From positions 1,302,001 through 1,366,000 of the forward strand of contig OZ287700.1 in the NCBI GenBank assembly GCA_965649825.1: 64,000 nt of DNA. Direction: 5' to 3'. The stretch is from Penicillus capitatus. Its lineage: Eukaryota; Plantae; Chlorophyta. This document shows positions 47,757-59,052 of this stretch, in pieces (the first letter of the stretch is position 1; every line of letters starts with the position of its first letter). A program made the translations under genes and the position numbers. The notes under the pieces were generated by a model, which was not told where the DNA came from, did not search any database, and worked only from the letters and a program-made list of their open reading frames with translations.

Positions 47757-49183
47757 ATGTCTACACAGAGTCTTGTGGCCGTCTTCGTCCTGTGTCTGGC
47801 GACATGCGTGGTGTATGCGCATCCACCTCATCTCAAGGCAGAGTATTCGTCGACTGGAAAGTAAGGCTGTCGTTTGCGAAGTGCTGCCAACTCTTTACGT
47901 ATGTTCGCCTTTACTATAGGCCACTTATTAAGAGGCGCCCGGGATACTATAGAACAGTACTGGCTTTAGATGGCGGTGGTGTCCGCGTTATTTTTACCGC
48001 CCCCATTCTCGAAGAGCTCGAAATGTCAATAAAGAGATTTCTCCTGCACAAACCGCATCTGTTGGTGCCGCACAAGAACATAAGAACGGTCGACGATTTC
48101 GATATCAATCTCGTCGACTACTTCGACTGCATGACCGCCTTCTCCGCGGGGGCATGGTCGGCTATGTACCTTTCTTCACGTGGAGGCAAGGGAGCTGCAC
48201 TGAAGCTCCTGGAAAAGCCAGATTTCGTGGCCAAGTATGGCAGAATTCCTGCTGGTGGGGCTGCCGCTCTCCGTGCCTTCTACAAAGAGTACAGTCATAA
48301 AATCTATCCGTTCCACACAATCGATATCTCCAATGGCGCCCCCTTTGATTTGACGAATCCTTCTGCTCCTGGTGTCAGCTCTCCGCTATTCTCCCTGGAT
48401 AATGTCGAGAAATCGATCGAAGTTTTGTTGGGCAATGCCACACTGGAAGACATCGATACTTCAGTGCTCTTCCCAGCCGTTGATCTCCTCTCCGGTCTGG
48501 GCGTCTTCTTCGTTCAAAATAAATTCAAGACGCCTTCCGTGACTTCTTCTGCCAGATTGACGGTGCGTGATAGACCACGTCCGGCACCTGTCGACGCATC
48601 TGGATTCAAATCTGATTTCATTTTCGACGAAGGAAAGAACTACTATCTCAAAGATATCGGCACGGCTGGGTCCACACTTCCTGCCTTCTTCCCGGCGAAG
48701 AATGTGTCGGCCGTTGGCAACGATACAGTGGAGTTTGCCATGATCGATGGGTATTTCCCCATCGAAGCAGTCGAACTGCCAGCAAGCGTGTTCGTCGTCA
48801 ACGAGAATGGTTTCAAGAACCTTCGAAGGGTTGCCACACTCTCGTTGGGCACTGGCCGACCTGTGTATGATTTTTCTCGCCTGACACAGGCAGGCATGCA
48901 TGCATGGATGGCAGATCAGAGTTTGCTGAATCTCTATGTCAGAACCTCATTTGATTCCCTCGCGACACTGACGGACTACATGTTCTATGGCAATCCTGAA
49001 GTCAAGCCCTATCAGTATCTCAGAATTCAGGCGTCTGCGCCAGTGACCACTGAAGAAGGAATGGCTTTGACAACGTCCACGGATGCAACTCTTTCTCCCG
49101 TGATTGAAGCTATCGGCGAAAAAACTGCAAAGGAACATCGTGATTCCCTGGATGCATTTGTGAGAGATTATGTTTTTCGTTAA
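47757..49183 (+). CDS. Secreted patatin-like phospholipase
   Basis: Splicing 47861-47919 gives signal peptide MSTQSLVAVFVLCLATCVVYA; motifs LALDGGGVR, AFSAG, IDGY and LSLGTG. Confidence 0.85.
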
Positions 49184-51173
49184 GTGACCTCTTTACCTCT
49201 TATAAATACGTTCTGTGTACTGTTCTTGTCTGCAGTGCTTTCTCTCTGATTTTATGTCTGCCCTAATAATTCTGTCTGTCCATGCTCTTGCATTGATCGT
49301 TGACTGCGATGTAACCGATTTCATTTGGCGAAACGTCTCAAAACGTCCAAAGATAGCGTCTAAGCTCCGATCTAGATCACAGGGCGACAGCATCAGAGTG
49401 TTGTGCTCCCATGGCTACTGAATGCTCCCCACGAGATGTCTTACCTTCAAGAATTCTTGCGTATCCTGCATAGCCTCACGTTCGAGGAAAGCGGTTCGAT
49501 TGCGTTTGTCGATTCGTACTGTGGCACCACGCTGCTCTGAAGCTTTGCGGAGTTAAAATTCGCCAACGGAGTTAGTAGACAAAAGCGACGTACTGTAAAG
49601 CGCCATTCTCGAAGCTGATATATGGCGACCCTGAAACGTTAACCGAACGACATGCCACCATTAGAGGCTAAACTAAGGCTCTTAACTGCGGTGTTCAAGG
49701 GTCCGTCGATCGAATGCCATGGATGGATGATGTTCTCACTAGGTATTGGTAAGATGGCCCAAAACAGAAAGGGTACCACCACTCCGTTCTCCACGCATTT
49801 CGCAATTAGCAACATTGTCTATGATAATCATCGCCCAGGAGAGCGGAAGTCTTTTCACTGCACCTCAAGGATTCATCCGTCTACGCAATCCTGCATGCAA
49901 GCGTGGATGGGCAGGCAGATTTCGCTTCTTATGGGATCTTCCTTGGACAGAACAGCCAGAAGACGGACTTACTTCTAAGTATGGATAATTCTGCGACAAA
50001 CATTGCAATTGTCTTCATTAAATGCGTTTGCATGGCACATTGAAGGCGAGAGTCTTGAGATCGTGATGATTGAATGGACCGTTGTAACGATGGCCTTGAT
50101 GATTGATTACCTGCATTCGATGATTTCGTGACTCGGTCGATCGATCGCCAAAACTGTCTGTCGATCACAGACACTAATAGCGGGCGTGAGATTTCCCTCT
50201 GATCAATAAAGGGATCTTTTTAACACGAGAAAGCTATGTCAAGTTTTCACAACAGGTTCGATTCAACTAAACATGCCTAGCAGAGGCAAGCACAAATGCG
50301 TTCATGCAGTGAAATGTTGAAGCAATACAATTCTAAGTACTGTTCAGCACAGAGTTCTCTTTCCATCCTAGTCGTCTTTAGAAATGTGTGGTGCCACACA
50401 CCATGAGATTGAATCTTGAACCAAACAACGTCCATTGAACAGTCTCCATCTACTCTTCAATTGAACAGCGGTACACGAAATGGAACACGTCTATAAACTA
50501 AAAGATCTTTAAACGGTCTTTAGCAAGATCAAGTTACAATCACTGCAGAAGAAAATCGAAGATGACGCACCAGAGGTAAGGTTAAGGGTAAAGGTTATGC
50601 TTGCAATCGCATACTTGCCCAATTCCAATGGGACCAAACATAATGCCAACAGGAATACAAGCAATCTGTTTGATGATGAATACAAAGAATACAGAGTACT
50701 GTTGCCTCTCTTGAACGAGGAATTGTTCACAGTCGTGCGAATTTCAGAAGCAGATAACTTGAGAAGCGGCTTTCTTGTTTCGCAGAGATGGATTAGAAGG
50801 TAAGAAGTCGTGCGTACTGCTGCTGCTGCTGCTGCAAGCCAAACCTTTCAAATAAAAGTGAATTAATATCCTGTTGAGAGCTTTGGATGTATTCGACAAT
50901 GGGAGAGAGAACACATTGGTGCCAACAGAATACAAAACTTAAGGAAACACGTTGATCAAATCGAAAGACCACTCACTGTACAGGTTTCTCCGCATTCTCG
51001 AAACAGAGAAGCCCCTATCAAAACTTACAGGATAGAACTTCACTTTTGTTGATGATTTAGAGTGAGATTAACCGTAGTCCAAGGTAGAGCACCGTGTTTA
51101 AGTTAAGCACTGGAGTATGGATTGGATCCAGTGATCTGTAAGAGAAGCAATTCTTTTATTATTCGGTAGCGAA

Positions 51174-52451
51174 TTAGAAATCTTCAATGCGCAATGCATT
51201 CAATCCTTGAGTGAGAGGAGATAAAAGAAAAGCGTTTATATCTCCTTGCATGCTCATGCACTTGTCTAGAACGAGGCTTCGAAGGCCGTTTGCATGTTGG
51301 AGTTCATCCAAGACAATTCCCAAACAACAATGAAACTCCAAATGTTGGATTCCACTTAGCGAAGCCAGTTGTTCACAACAGCCGTTGCCAAGGCTAGAAG
51401 ATGAAATACATATCTTTGTTAGATGTTGAAACGAATCAAGAATCACCAAATGCTGCAGAGTGAGATTTTGGCATCCACCGAGTTCAACAACGTGCAGATT
51501 TTTATTGTCAACGAGGCGTTCAAGAATCTCTCCATCACATTCCTTTGCCGAGACTCTTAACACACTCAGATCTGTACAACGCGAAATCGAAATATCTTGA
51601 GCAAAATGGGGAAGGTCGTGCTCAAGTGTTTTGAGATTTCCCGCACTCCCAAGTATTCCGTTCAAAACTTGGCGATCCACACGACAGGAGAGACAAGACA
51701 AGTGTTTCAAACGCGTCGGTAGAGTTATGTCAAAACCTGATTTCCCTCCGTTCAAGTACCCTCCAGCAAAAGAGAGGCTCTCGAGTCGGGGGAGACGTCC
51801 AATCCAAAATGGGTATTCTATTGCCCAAAAATCGACGAACTTCAGATGCGTCAGGCTGTGGATCGCCTGTAGCTTGAGACGATCATTCGAACAACGTGGT
51901 CCATAAAGAATGAGGGTGAAATCGATCGAGCATGCCTCGCAGAATTTATCACTGAGCTGCGTAAGTGCTTCAATTCCAAGTACGAGACGCTTGAGTTCAG
52001 GCAACTCCAGCAAGACATGGAGACCATTGCCCGTCAGTTTGTGGCAGTCGTCTATGATAAGGGTCTCCAGTTTGTGTAAGCTTCTCACAAATGAAAGATC
52101 GAGTTCTCCATCGTCTTCATCACCGATTTCGATATCCTTCAGCTCCAGAAAACGCAGATTCGTTTGCGCCGCTATGAATCGAAAAAACGAGGAGGGCACT
52201 GTTGCCTTGAGGATGCGCAGCTTCGTAAGCTCCTTCGTCGAAGCGGTAAAGAAGGAACCCATTCCACTGGCATCGACAGTTAGATTCACCCCAGCGAGTT
52301 TTATAGAGGAAACGCGCGTCGTTCCGCCGACGACAGTTCGGCAACAGTGTTGCGGAAGACAACGAGAGATAGGTGTCAATCCGACAAAATCCATAGCTGA
52401 TCTGCCATAGGTCGAACACAGGCGAAAAGGGCGAGACATAAAGGAACCCAT
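51174..52451 (-). CDS. Intronless LRR protein, paralogue C (N-terminus MGSFMS)
   Basis: Closest to paralogue A (DLSF, LGIEAL.QLS, LILYGPRC, SAKECDGE, QGD.NAFL); also shares 5'-flank similarity AGTTC.AGC.GCATGGG.TCC. Confidence 0.87.
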   Translation of the reverse strand: MGSFMSRPFRLCSTYGRSAMDFVGLTPISRCLPQHCCRTVVGGTTRVSSIKLAGVNLTVDASGMGSFFTASTKELTKLRILKATVPSSFFRFIAAQTNLRFLELKDIEIGDEDDGELDLSFVRSLHKLETLIIDDCHKLTGNGLHVLLELPELKRLVLGIEALTQLSDKFCEACSIDFTLILYGPRCSNDRLKLQAIHSLTHLKFVDFWAIEYPFWIGRLPRLESLSFAGGYLNGGKSGFDITLPTRLKHLSCLSCRVDRQVLNGILGSAGNLKTLEHDLPHFAQDISISRCTDLSVLRVSAKECDGEILERLVDNKNLHVVELGGCQNLTLQHLVILDSFQHLTKICISSSSLGNGCCEQLASLSGIQHLEFHCCLGIVLDELQHANGLRSLVLDKCMSMQGDINAFLLSPLTQGLNALRIEDF

Positions 52452-53331
52452 GCAGCTGGAACTGCGCAACACATTCGCCTCAGTGCGTTGTGTGCCATAC
52501 GCGATCCCGCGACTTACATTGCGAGAACGGAAAATGAAACGGGTCGTGGACGAGAGGGCCGGCCAAGCCTCACTTAGTCGACCTTCGACGAACAGTTTCC
52601 GTGGTTAACGCTGTTTAGAGGTTAGGGATTGTCAGAGAGGTCCGACACAAATGTTATTCTCGAAAAAGATTGAGCTTGAAGTCAGTTCGTCGATTCGGAA
52701 AAACGTTTGCGATGCTGTGAATGCAGGGACTTGTATGCGCAGTAGATGCACATTACATGAGGTTGTAGTGCCCCCGCATGACATCGAGAATTGCTAACCG
52801 ATTGAGATGCATCACAAGGGTTGACGCGTATCGACTTAAAATGCCGTTCTGATAGTCAGGTGATGGATCCTTTTTGTCGGCGATGACTCGAAGAAGGAGT
52901 GCATGGCGTAATAACACGCAAAGGCTAACTTACATTCGAAAACATAACCGTCCGACACGGTTCGATGTTGCCTGCCATGTCTGACACCGCGTTGACAAAG
53001 AAACGTCACATCACTCACCTGCTGTACAGAAGAAGCAAAATCAGCAACCAATCTCTCAAAGTCAGCCACACGTGTCTCGATGATTACTGAAGGGAGTTAT
53101 GTCTACTCGAGAAGATCTTTCCAGAGACTGTTCGCCTATGCTGTAATCCTGCTTTTTCACATTCAACGTACATACAATAAGAAGCCATAAACAGCCTCCT
53201 TACCTATATGCGGCAGCTGTCGCTGTCAGCATCGCTGTCCCTGTAATGATGCGAATTCGGCCAATCGTTTGCGCGTGCGCTCACAACTGCCTTGCCTGTC
53301 CGTACTCGGTGGCAGCAGAATCCCTGCGAGC

Positions 53332-55440
53332 ATGTCGAGTGCTTCGAGTTCGGCGGATATGTCGCTCAGCGACGACGAGTCCGAGGACGAGCTGTCTCTG
53401 AGTGCGCGGTACAGCGGACGGAAGAGCTCGACCGCGATGTCGAGCCAGTCCACCCCCTCCTCCCAGAGACGCAGAGCCCCCGCCAGGACGCGAAAGCGCG
53501 AGGCGTCCGAAGAGCGCGGGGCCGACAGGAAGAAGCGCGTTGCCGGTAGTCCCCTCGACACCCTCCCAACCCCCTTCCAGGAGTTCCCGTCCGCAGAGGT
53601 GAAGAAGAGGTGGCACACGCTGCAGCACAACGGCGTCATGTTTCCGCCGGAGTACGAGCCCCACGGCGTGAAGCCGCTCTACGACGGCCGCCCTGTCGAT
53701 CTGACGCCGGAGCAGGAGGAGGCCGCGACGTTCTTCGCAGTCATGCTGGACACGGACTACGCCGGGAAGCCGGTCTTCGTCAAGAACTTCTGGGAAGACT
53801 TCCGGGCACTGCTGGGCGGTGATCACGTGATCCAGGAGTTCGACAGGATCGACTTCGGACCCATCCACGAGTGGCACCAGGCCGAGAAGCAGAAGAGCAA
53901 GGCCCTGTCGAAGGAGGAAAAGAAGGCGATCCGCCTCAGTAAGCAGGAGGCGGAGGAGAAGTACAAGACGGCCCTGGTCGACGGACAGCCAGAGCAGGTG
54001 GGCATCGGAACGTCTTCGAGGGCGGCCGCGCCCGAGGCTACCCGTCTAGGTCGGCAACTTTCGCGTGGAGCCCCCGGGTCTGTTCCGCGGACGCGGCGAG
54101 CATCCGAAGATGGGGCGCATCAAGAGGCGCATCTACCCGCGGGACATCACGATCAACATAGGTCCAGACGCGCCGATCCCGGAGCACCCATATCCCGGAC
54201 AGTCCTGGAAGGCCGTCCGCCACGACGACGCCGTGACCTGGCTTGCGTTCTGGAAGGATCCCATATCGCCGAAGGACTTCAAGTACGTGTTCCTGGCGGC
54301 GAACAGCACCTTCAAGAGCGAGAACGACATGGCCAAGTACGAGAAGGCCAGGAAGCTGAAGGAGCACATCGACCGCATCCGCGAGAAGTATCGGGCCGAC
54401 TGGACGTCGGAGGATCCGCAGAAGAGGCAGATGGGCACGGCGCTGTACTTCATCGACCGCCTGGCGCTGAGGGCGGGCCACGAGAAGGACGAGGACGAGG
54501 CGGACACGGTCGGCTGCTGCACGCTCAAGGTCCGCTCCCCCGGACCCGTCCCCGCGGTGGCGGCGATTCCCTGCAGGTCGAGAACGTGGAGTGCATCCAG
54601 CCGAACCGCATCAGGTTCGACTTCCTCGGAAAGGACTCCATCCGCTACGAGAACACGGTCAAGGTGGACGAGCAGGTCTACAACAACGTCGCCGGCTTCT
54701 GCACCTGTCGGAGGAACGGGACGCGTAAGGGGACAGATGGACGCCTCTCCGACGACCACCCGGGCTCTGTGTGCAGGAAAGCAGCCGGGCGACCAGCTGT
54801 TCGACCTGTTCGACGCGCAGGACCTGAACAGGGAGCTGAAGGAGCTGATGGACGGGCTCTCTGCCAAGGTGTTCCGCACGTACAACGCGTCCATCACGCT
54901 GCAGCAGCAGCTAGAGGCCGAACTCGACGCACAGCTTCCGGTCGAGCGCAAGCGGTCGGCCTACGACGAGGCCAACAAGCAGGTCCGCGAACCCGATCGG
55001 CGCGCCAAGATCCGGGACTTCCGTGTGCGCAGGTGGCGATCCTGTGCAACCACCAGAGGGCGGTGCCCAAGACGCACGACAACCAGATCGAGCGCCTGAC
55101 GGAGAAGGTCTCCCATCTCGAGCAGGAGATCCGCGAGATCGACGACGCCATCGGCGATCTGAAGGGGGCAGCGAGCTCCAGGGACCAGAAGCAGCTCGCC
55201 GTTCTGCAGAAGCGCCGCGAGAAGAAGGCGGCGCAGAGGGAGAGGGTCCAGGTGCAGATGCAGAACAAGGAGAGCCTGAAGACCGTCGCCCTCGGGACGT
55301 CCAAGATCAACTACCTCGATCCCCGCATCTCCGTCGCCTGGTGCAAGCGCCACGAGATGCCGATCGAGAAGATCTACACCAACACGCTGCTGCAGAAGTT
55401 CGGCTGGGCGATGACTGTCACATCGGACTTCCTGTTCTAA
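53332..55440 (+). CDS. TOP1: DNA topoisomerase I (type IB), right copy
   Basis: Same motifs as the left copy, including GTSKINYLDPR; intact splice sites. Confidence 0.97.
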   Translation: MSSASSSADMSLSDDESEDELSLSARYSGRKSSTAMSSQSTPSSQRRRAPARTRKREASEERGADRKKRVAGSPLDTLPTPFQEFPSAEVKKRWHTLQHNGVMFPPEYEPHGVKPLYDGRPVDLTPEQEEAATFFAVMLDTDYAGKPVFVKNFWEDFRALLGGDHVIQEFDRIDFGPIHEWHQAEKQKSKALSKEEKKAIRLSKQEAEEKYKTALVDGQPEQVGIGTSSRAAAPEATRLGRQLSRGAPGSVPRTRRASEDGAHQEAHLPAGHHDQHRSRRADPGAPISRTVLEGRPPRRRRDLACVLEGSHIAEGLQVRVPGGEQHLQERERHGQVREGQEAEGAHRPHPREVSGRLDVGGSAEEADGHGAVLHRPPGAEGGPREGRGRGGHGRLLHAQGPLPRTRPRGGGDSLQVENVECIQPNRIRFDFLGKDSIRYENTVKVDEQVYNNVAGFCTCRRNGTRKGTDGRLSDDHPGSVCRKAAGRPAVRPVRRAGPEQGAEGADGRALCQGVPHVQRVHHAAAAARGRTRRTASGRAQAVGLRRGQQAGPRTRSARQDPGLPCAQVAILCNHQRAVPKTHDNQIERLTEKVSHLEQEIREIDDAIGDLKGAASSRDQKQLAVLQKRREKKAAQRERVQVQMQNKESLKTVALGTSKINYLDPRISVAWCKRHEMPIEKIYTNTLLQKFGWAMTVTSDFLF

Positions 55441-55458
55441 TTCTCCCTTCGCCGTCCG

Positions 55459-56547
55459 ATGGACTTCGGAACGTCTTCGAACGCGGACGACGCCCAGGAC
55501 GACTCCGACGCGCAGGCGCAGGCCGAGCTGCCGTGCACCCTCATGCGCGGCCTCCGGGGCCACGAGGGACCGGTCCTGGCCGTCCGTTTCAACGCCCAGG
55601 GCTCCTACTGCATCTCCTGCGGGAAGGTAGGCACCGTCGCACAGGCCTCGTCGAGCGAGGCGTCGTAAAGGATCGGACGGCGCGTCTGTGGAACCCCTAC
55701 CGCGGGCTGCTGATCAAGACGTACGCCGGGCACGGCTACGAGGTGCGAGACGCCTGCATCGCCGGAGACAACGCGAAGTTCGCGACCTGCGGCGCCGACC
55801 GCCAGATATTCCTCTGGGACGTCGCCAGCGGAAACACCGTCCGCAGGATGCGGGGCCACGACAGCACGGTCAACTCGGTGGTCTACGCGGCGGACGAGGA
55901 GGTCCTGGTGAGCGGAGGCTACGACAGGGTGGCCAACGTGTGGGACTGTCGGTCGCGCAGCGCGTCCGCCATCCAGCAGCTCACCGGATTCAAGGTCGCG
56001 TCCCCTCCCGACTGGCCGGGAGGGACGGTGCGCGGTGCAGGACAGCGTGACGTGCGTGGCGGCGTCGAGGTGCGAGATATTCGCATCGAGCGTCGACGGA
56101 GTGCTGAAGAGGTTCGACCTGAGGATGGCGCGCGCCTACATGGACCAGTTCGCAGAGCCCATCACAGGTCCGTCTCGGCCGGGGTGATCCTCAGTGCGTC
56201 AGGTGGGAGGTTCAGGTTTTGCCCTGGCGAGGGACGGGGCCTCCGTGCTCTGCGCCTGCATGTCGGATGCCCTGGTCCTGCTGGACAAGGCTGACGGGAG
56301 CGTTCTGGCCACGTACACCGGCCACCGCCACAGGAGCCTCAAGATCGAGTGCGGATTCACGCGCTCGGACGCCCACGTCTTCGCGGGGTCGGAGGACGGA
56401 TGCATCTTCCTCTGGGAGATGGTCGACGCGGTGGTCAGGAGGCAGCTCCAGGCGCACGAGGACACCGTCTGCTCCTGCACCGTCCACCCGGAACAGAACT
56501 CGCTGCTGACCTCTTCGACAGACGGGACGATTAACTTCTGGCAGTGA
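55459..56547 (+). CDS. WDR83: WD40-repeat protein WDR83/MORG1-like, right copy
   Basis: Mirror of 3081-4169; intact. Confidence 0.88.
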
Positions 56548-56601
56548 CGTCTTACAGTGAGCGTTGTACACAAACAGACAAGGAAGAAGGGGCGGCGAGG
56601 A

Positions 56602-57554
56602 TCACCGCTGTCCGTGCTCCTGCCAGTACTCGTCCTGCTCTGGCCACACCACACAGCGTCGCGCGGCGCGGGGCGACGGAGGGGAACTCACGGTACTGGT
56701 CGATCGCCCTCAGCGGATCCCAGTCGGCGACGGCCAGGTAGGCTTCGGCCACGAGCGCCTGGATCTTGAACCTGCGCGTCAGCATCAGAACCAGCTGCCG
56801 GCGGACGCGTTCTGCCTTCGGACTGGTGCTGCCGCCGAGCCACGACCGCGAGGCCGACGCGGCGTCGGCGGAGGCGTCTTCGTCCTCGAAGACGTGATCG
56901 GGAGGGTACAGCAGCATGTACTCGCGCTTGGCCTCGGCGGAGTAGTAGATCCGGCCGACCTGGCCTCCGATCTCCTCCCTAGAGTTGACTGCAGACGGCG
57001 ATCTGGAACGTGGGGGCGGGACTGCGGGACGCGACCTCGAACGAGCAGCTCCTTCCGGGACATGATGGCGTGCTCTGTCAGGATGTTGTTCGTGACCTTG
57101 AGATCCAGGACCGAGCAGCTGTACTTCACAGCCAGCTTAGCCAGCGAATCTCCCTTCTGCAGGACGTGTCGGCGGACGAAGTCGTTCAGACTGGCGGTCT
57201 GCACACAGGAGCGAGCTCGTATCGAGTGCGAGGAAGGGGACCGTCGCACTTCGAGGAAGGTGGGTCCTCTCGGGGTGCCGTTCACGCGAATCAGTCCCCA
57301 CTGCCTCATGAAACGCTCCTTGCGGACCTGGGGAGGAGCGCAGACGCGCGGGCTCGAGAGAGGAAGGAAGGGCCGCTCACCTCTAGCGCACGCGACACGC
57401 GCGACCACTGCCGGTTGACGGACTGTCCACGACGAGAGCCGCGTTCGAATCAGCGCCGGCCGAGGAGAGTGCTTACCTTCGCGAGCGCGTAGCTCTGCCC
57501 GTCGAGGCGTGTCAGAATCAGACAGAGTTCGTTGTCAGAGAGGTACTCCATCAT
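56602..57554 (-). CDS. F-box/LysM protein, right copy
   Basis: Mirror of 2074-3026; intact. Confidence 0.8.
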
Positions 57555-59052
57555 GAGTCATGCACCACGAAAGAATGGACGACTGAGTCCGAGCACGACC
57601 GCCGGGTATAATCGTCGAGTGCGCGCGGAATCTGCAGCGTCGACGCCGGAAGGCGCACAACTGTCGACGCCATCCGTCTCCGAGCTCTTCCGTGTCTGCA
57701 GAGATCTGCTTGCGGACGTCGGACAGACTGCTCGTCGATGTGGAGGCTGCGAGGTGCGTGGCGTCGTTGCGACTCTGGTCGACTGCGACTCGGCGTCGCA
57801 CCGCCGCGAGAATACAGAACATCGATCACCGGCCGAATGGACCGTTGAAGTCGACCGATCGAGCCGGTCCTTGCGCCCTCCGACGACACGCGAGGATGCA
57901 ACAGAACCATAAACGTCTCTTGCATAGAATTTAACAGAGAGCTCGAACCATTGGGGTCGAGGTGTCGACGCCTGCTCCGACCGCATCGAGCGAGGCCTCG
58001 GAACGAGGGGAGTCCGACCTTTCTGCCGGCTGCTTCGAGGAGGCCTCGTAGGTGCTTGAATCCCTGTCTGTATCGCGGAACTCGATTACCGACCAGTCGA
58101 ACCGCTGATCGGCCTTCTCTCGTGAGTGTCCGCATCACAGCGACGGTCTGATGACCGAGTCGACGCTCGCGGGTCATCCTGCGCAGAGGTTGAGCAAACG
58201 TTCTCACCTCGAACCAATCCTTCATCCCGGACAGTGCATGCAGTTAATTGGGCATTCAGGGTTTCGAGAGAATCGCTGTGGCACACTTCAAGAAGGGCGA
58301 GTAGTTTGGTTGATCGATGCATGCATCCATTTCCGCGACGACGATAAGGCAAGCAAGTGCTCGAACAGAGACCCCGAGAATAAGTGACCGACATCACATC
58401 GTGGACTGCGCCTTCGTTGGATACAGAGAGGCTCGCTATCACCCAGACTCGATTCGATTTGGCTCCACTAGCACCCATCGTGCTCGCAACTTTGCTCTCA
58501 TCGAGAACACAAAGGCATGATCGTTCTGCTGCGATGGTCTAAGAACCCAAGATCTCAGAATCCGCGGCGATGGATTGCAACAGGCCTCCGAGTTCTGCCC
58601 CTTTCGTTCGCGCTCACCGGATTTCGTCGTTCAAAAACCGCATCAGCACGGTCTGCTGCTAAAGGCAGGCGTACATTTGTTCTAAGTGTGAATTACAAGA
58701 GAAAGGCGCTTGCGGACACAGTGCAGAAGTGTGTGTTAAAGTTTATTGTCAGACAGAGCTTTCGCTGCGTGTTTGATAGGCGTTCTGGCGCCGTTGTTCG
58801 GTTGTTTCCCGTTCGGCGCCGAATACACGGGTCATTTCGGGCGGGTTTTGATCGACGGCCAGAGACACTGGCCGTTTAACTGAACTCTGCGCGCTCACTG
58901 CAGAGTGGCGCGCGAGTTGCGATGCACCGCGATGGGTTTGTCGACCCATCTGCCGCCAGTCGCTCATTATCTTGCGTCGAATGACGCGACAATTCGTTTT
59001 GCAGAAATGAGCGCTCATCGATGTTCTGACCGTTTTAATTACCGAGGTTGGA

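Noticed and set aside
50255-50264. tRNA T-loop-like GGTTCGATTC
   Set aside because: No flanking cloverleaf stems could be built; no tRNA, rRNA or snRNA was recognised in the window.
50575-50596. Telomere-like GTAAGGTTAAGGGTAAAGGTT
   Set aside because: Only about three imperfect units inside an open frame; not a telomeric array.
49193-51100. Short ORFs and exon-like pieces between patatin and LRR-C
   Set aside because: No consistent splice model or recognisable family could be assembled by eye.
52836-53069. BTB-like ORF (DFERLV..SDVTFL)
   Set aside because: Non-ATG start, SDVT overlaps a strong GTGAGT donor, and the rest lacks BTB conservation.
53269-55440. 723-aa single ORF covering TOP1
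   Set aside because: It reads through introns and switches out of the TOP1 frame in the middle; it is not the real protein.
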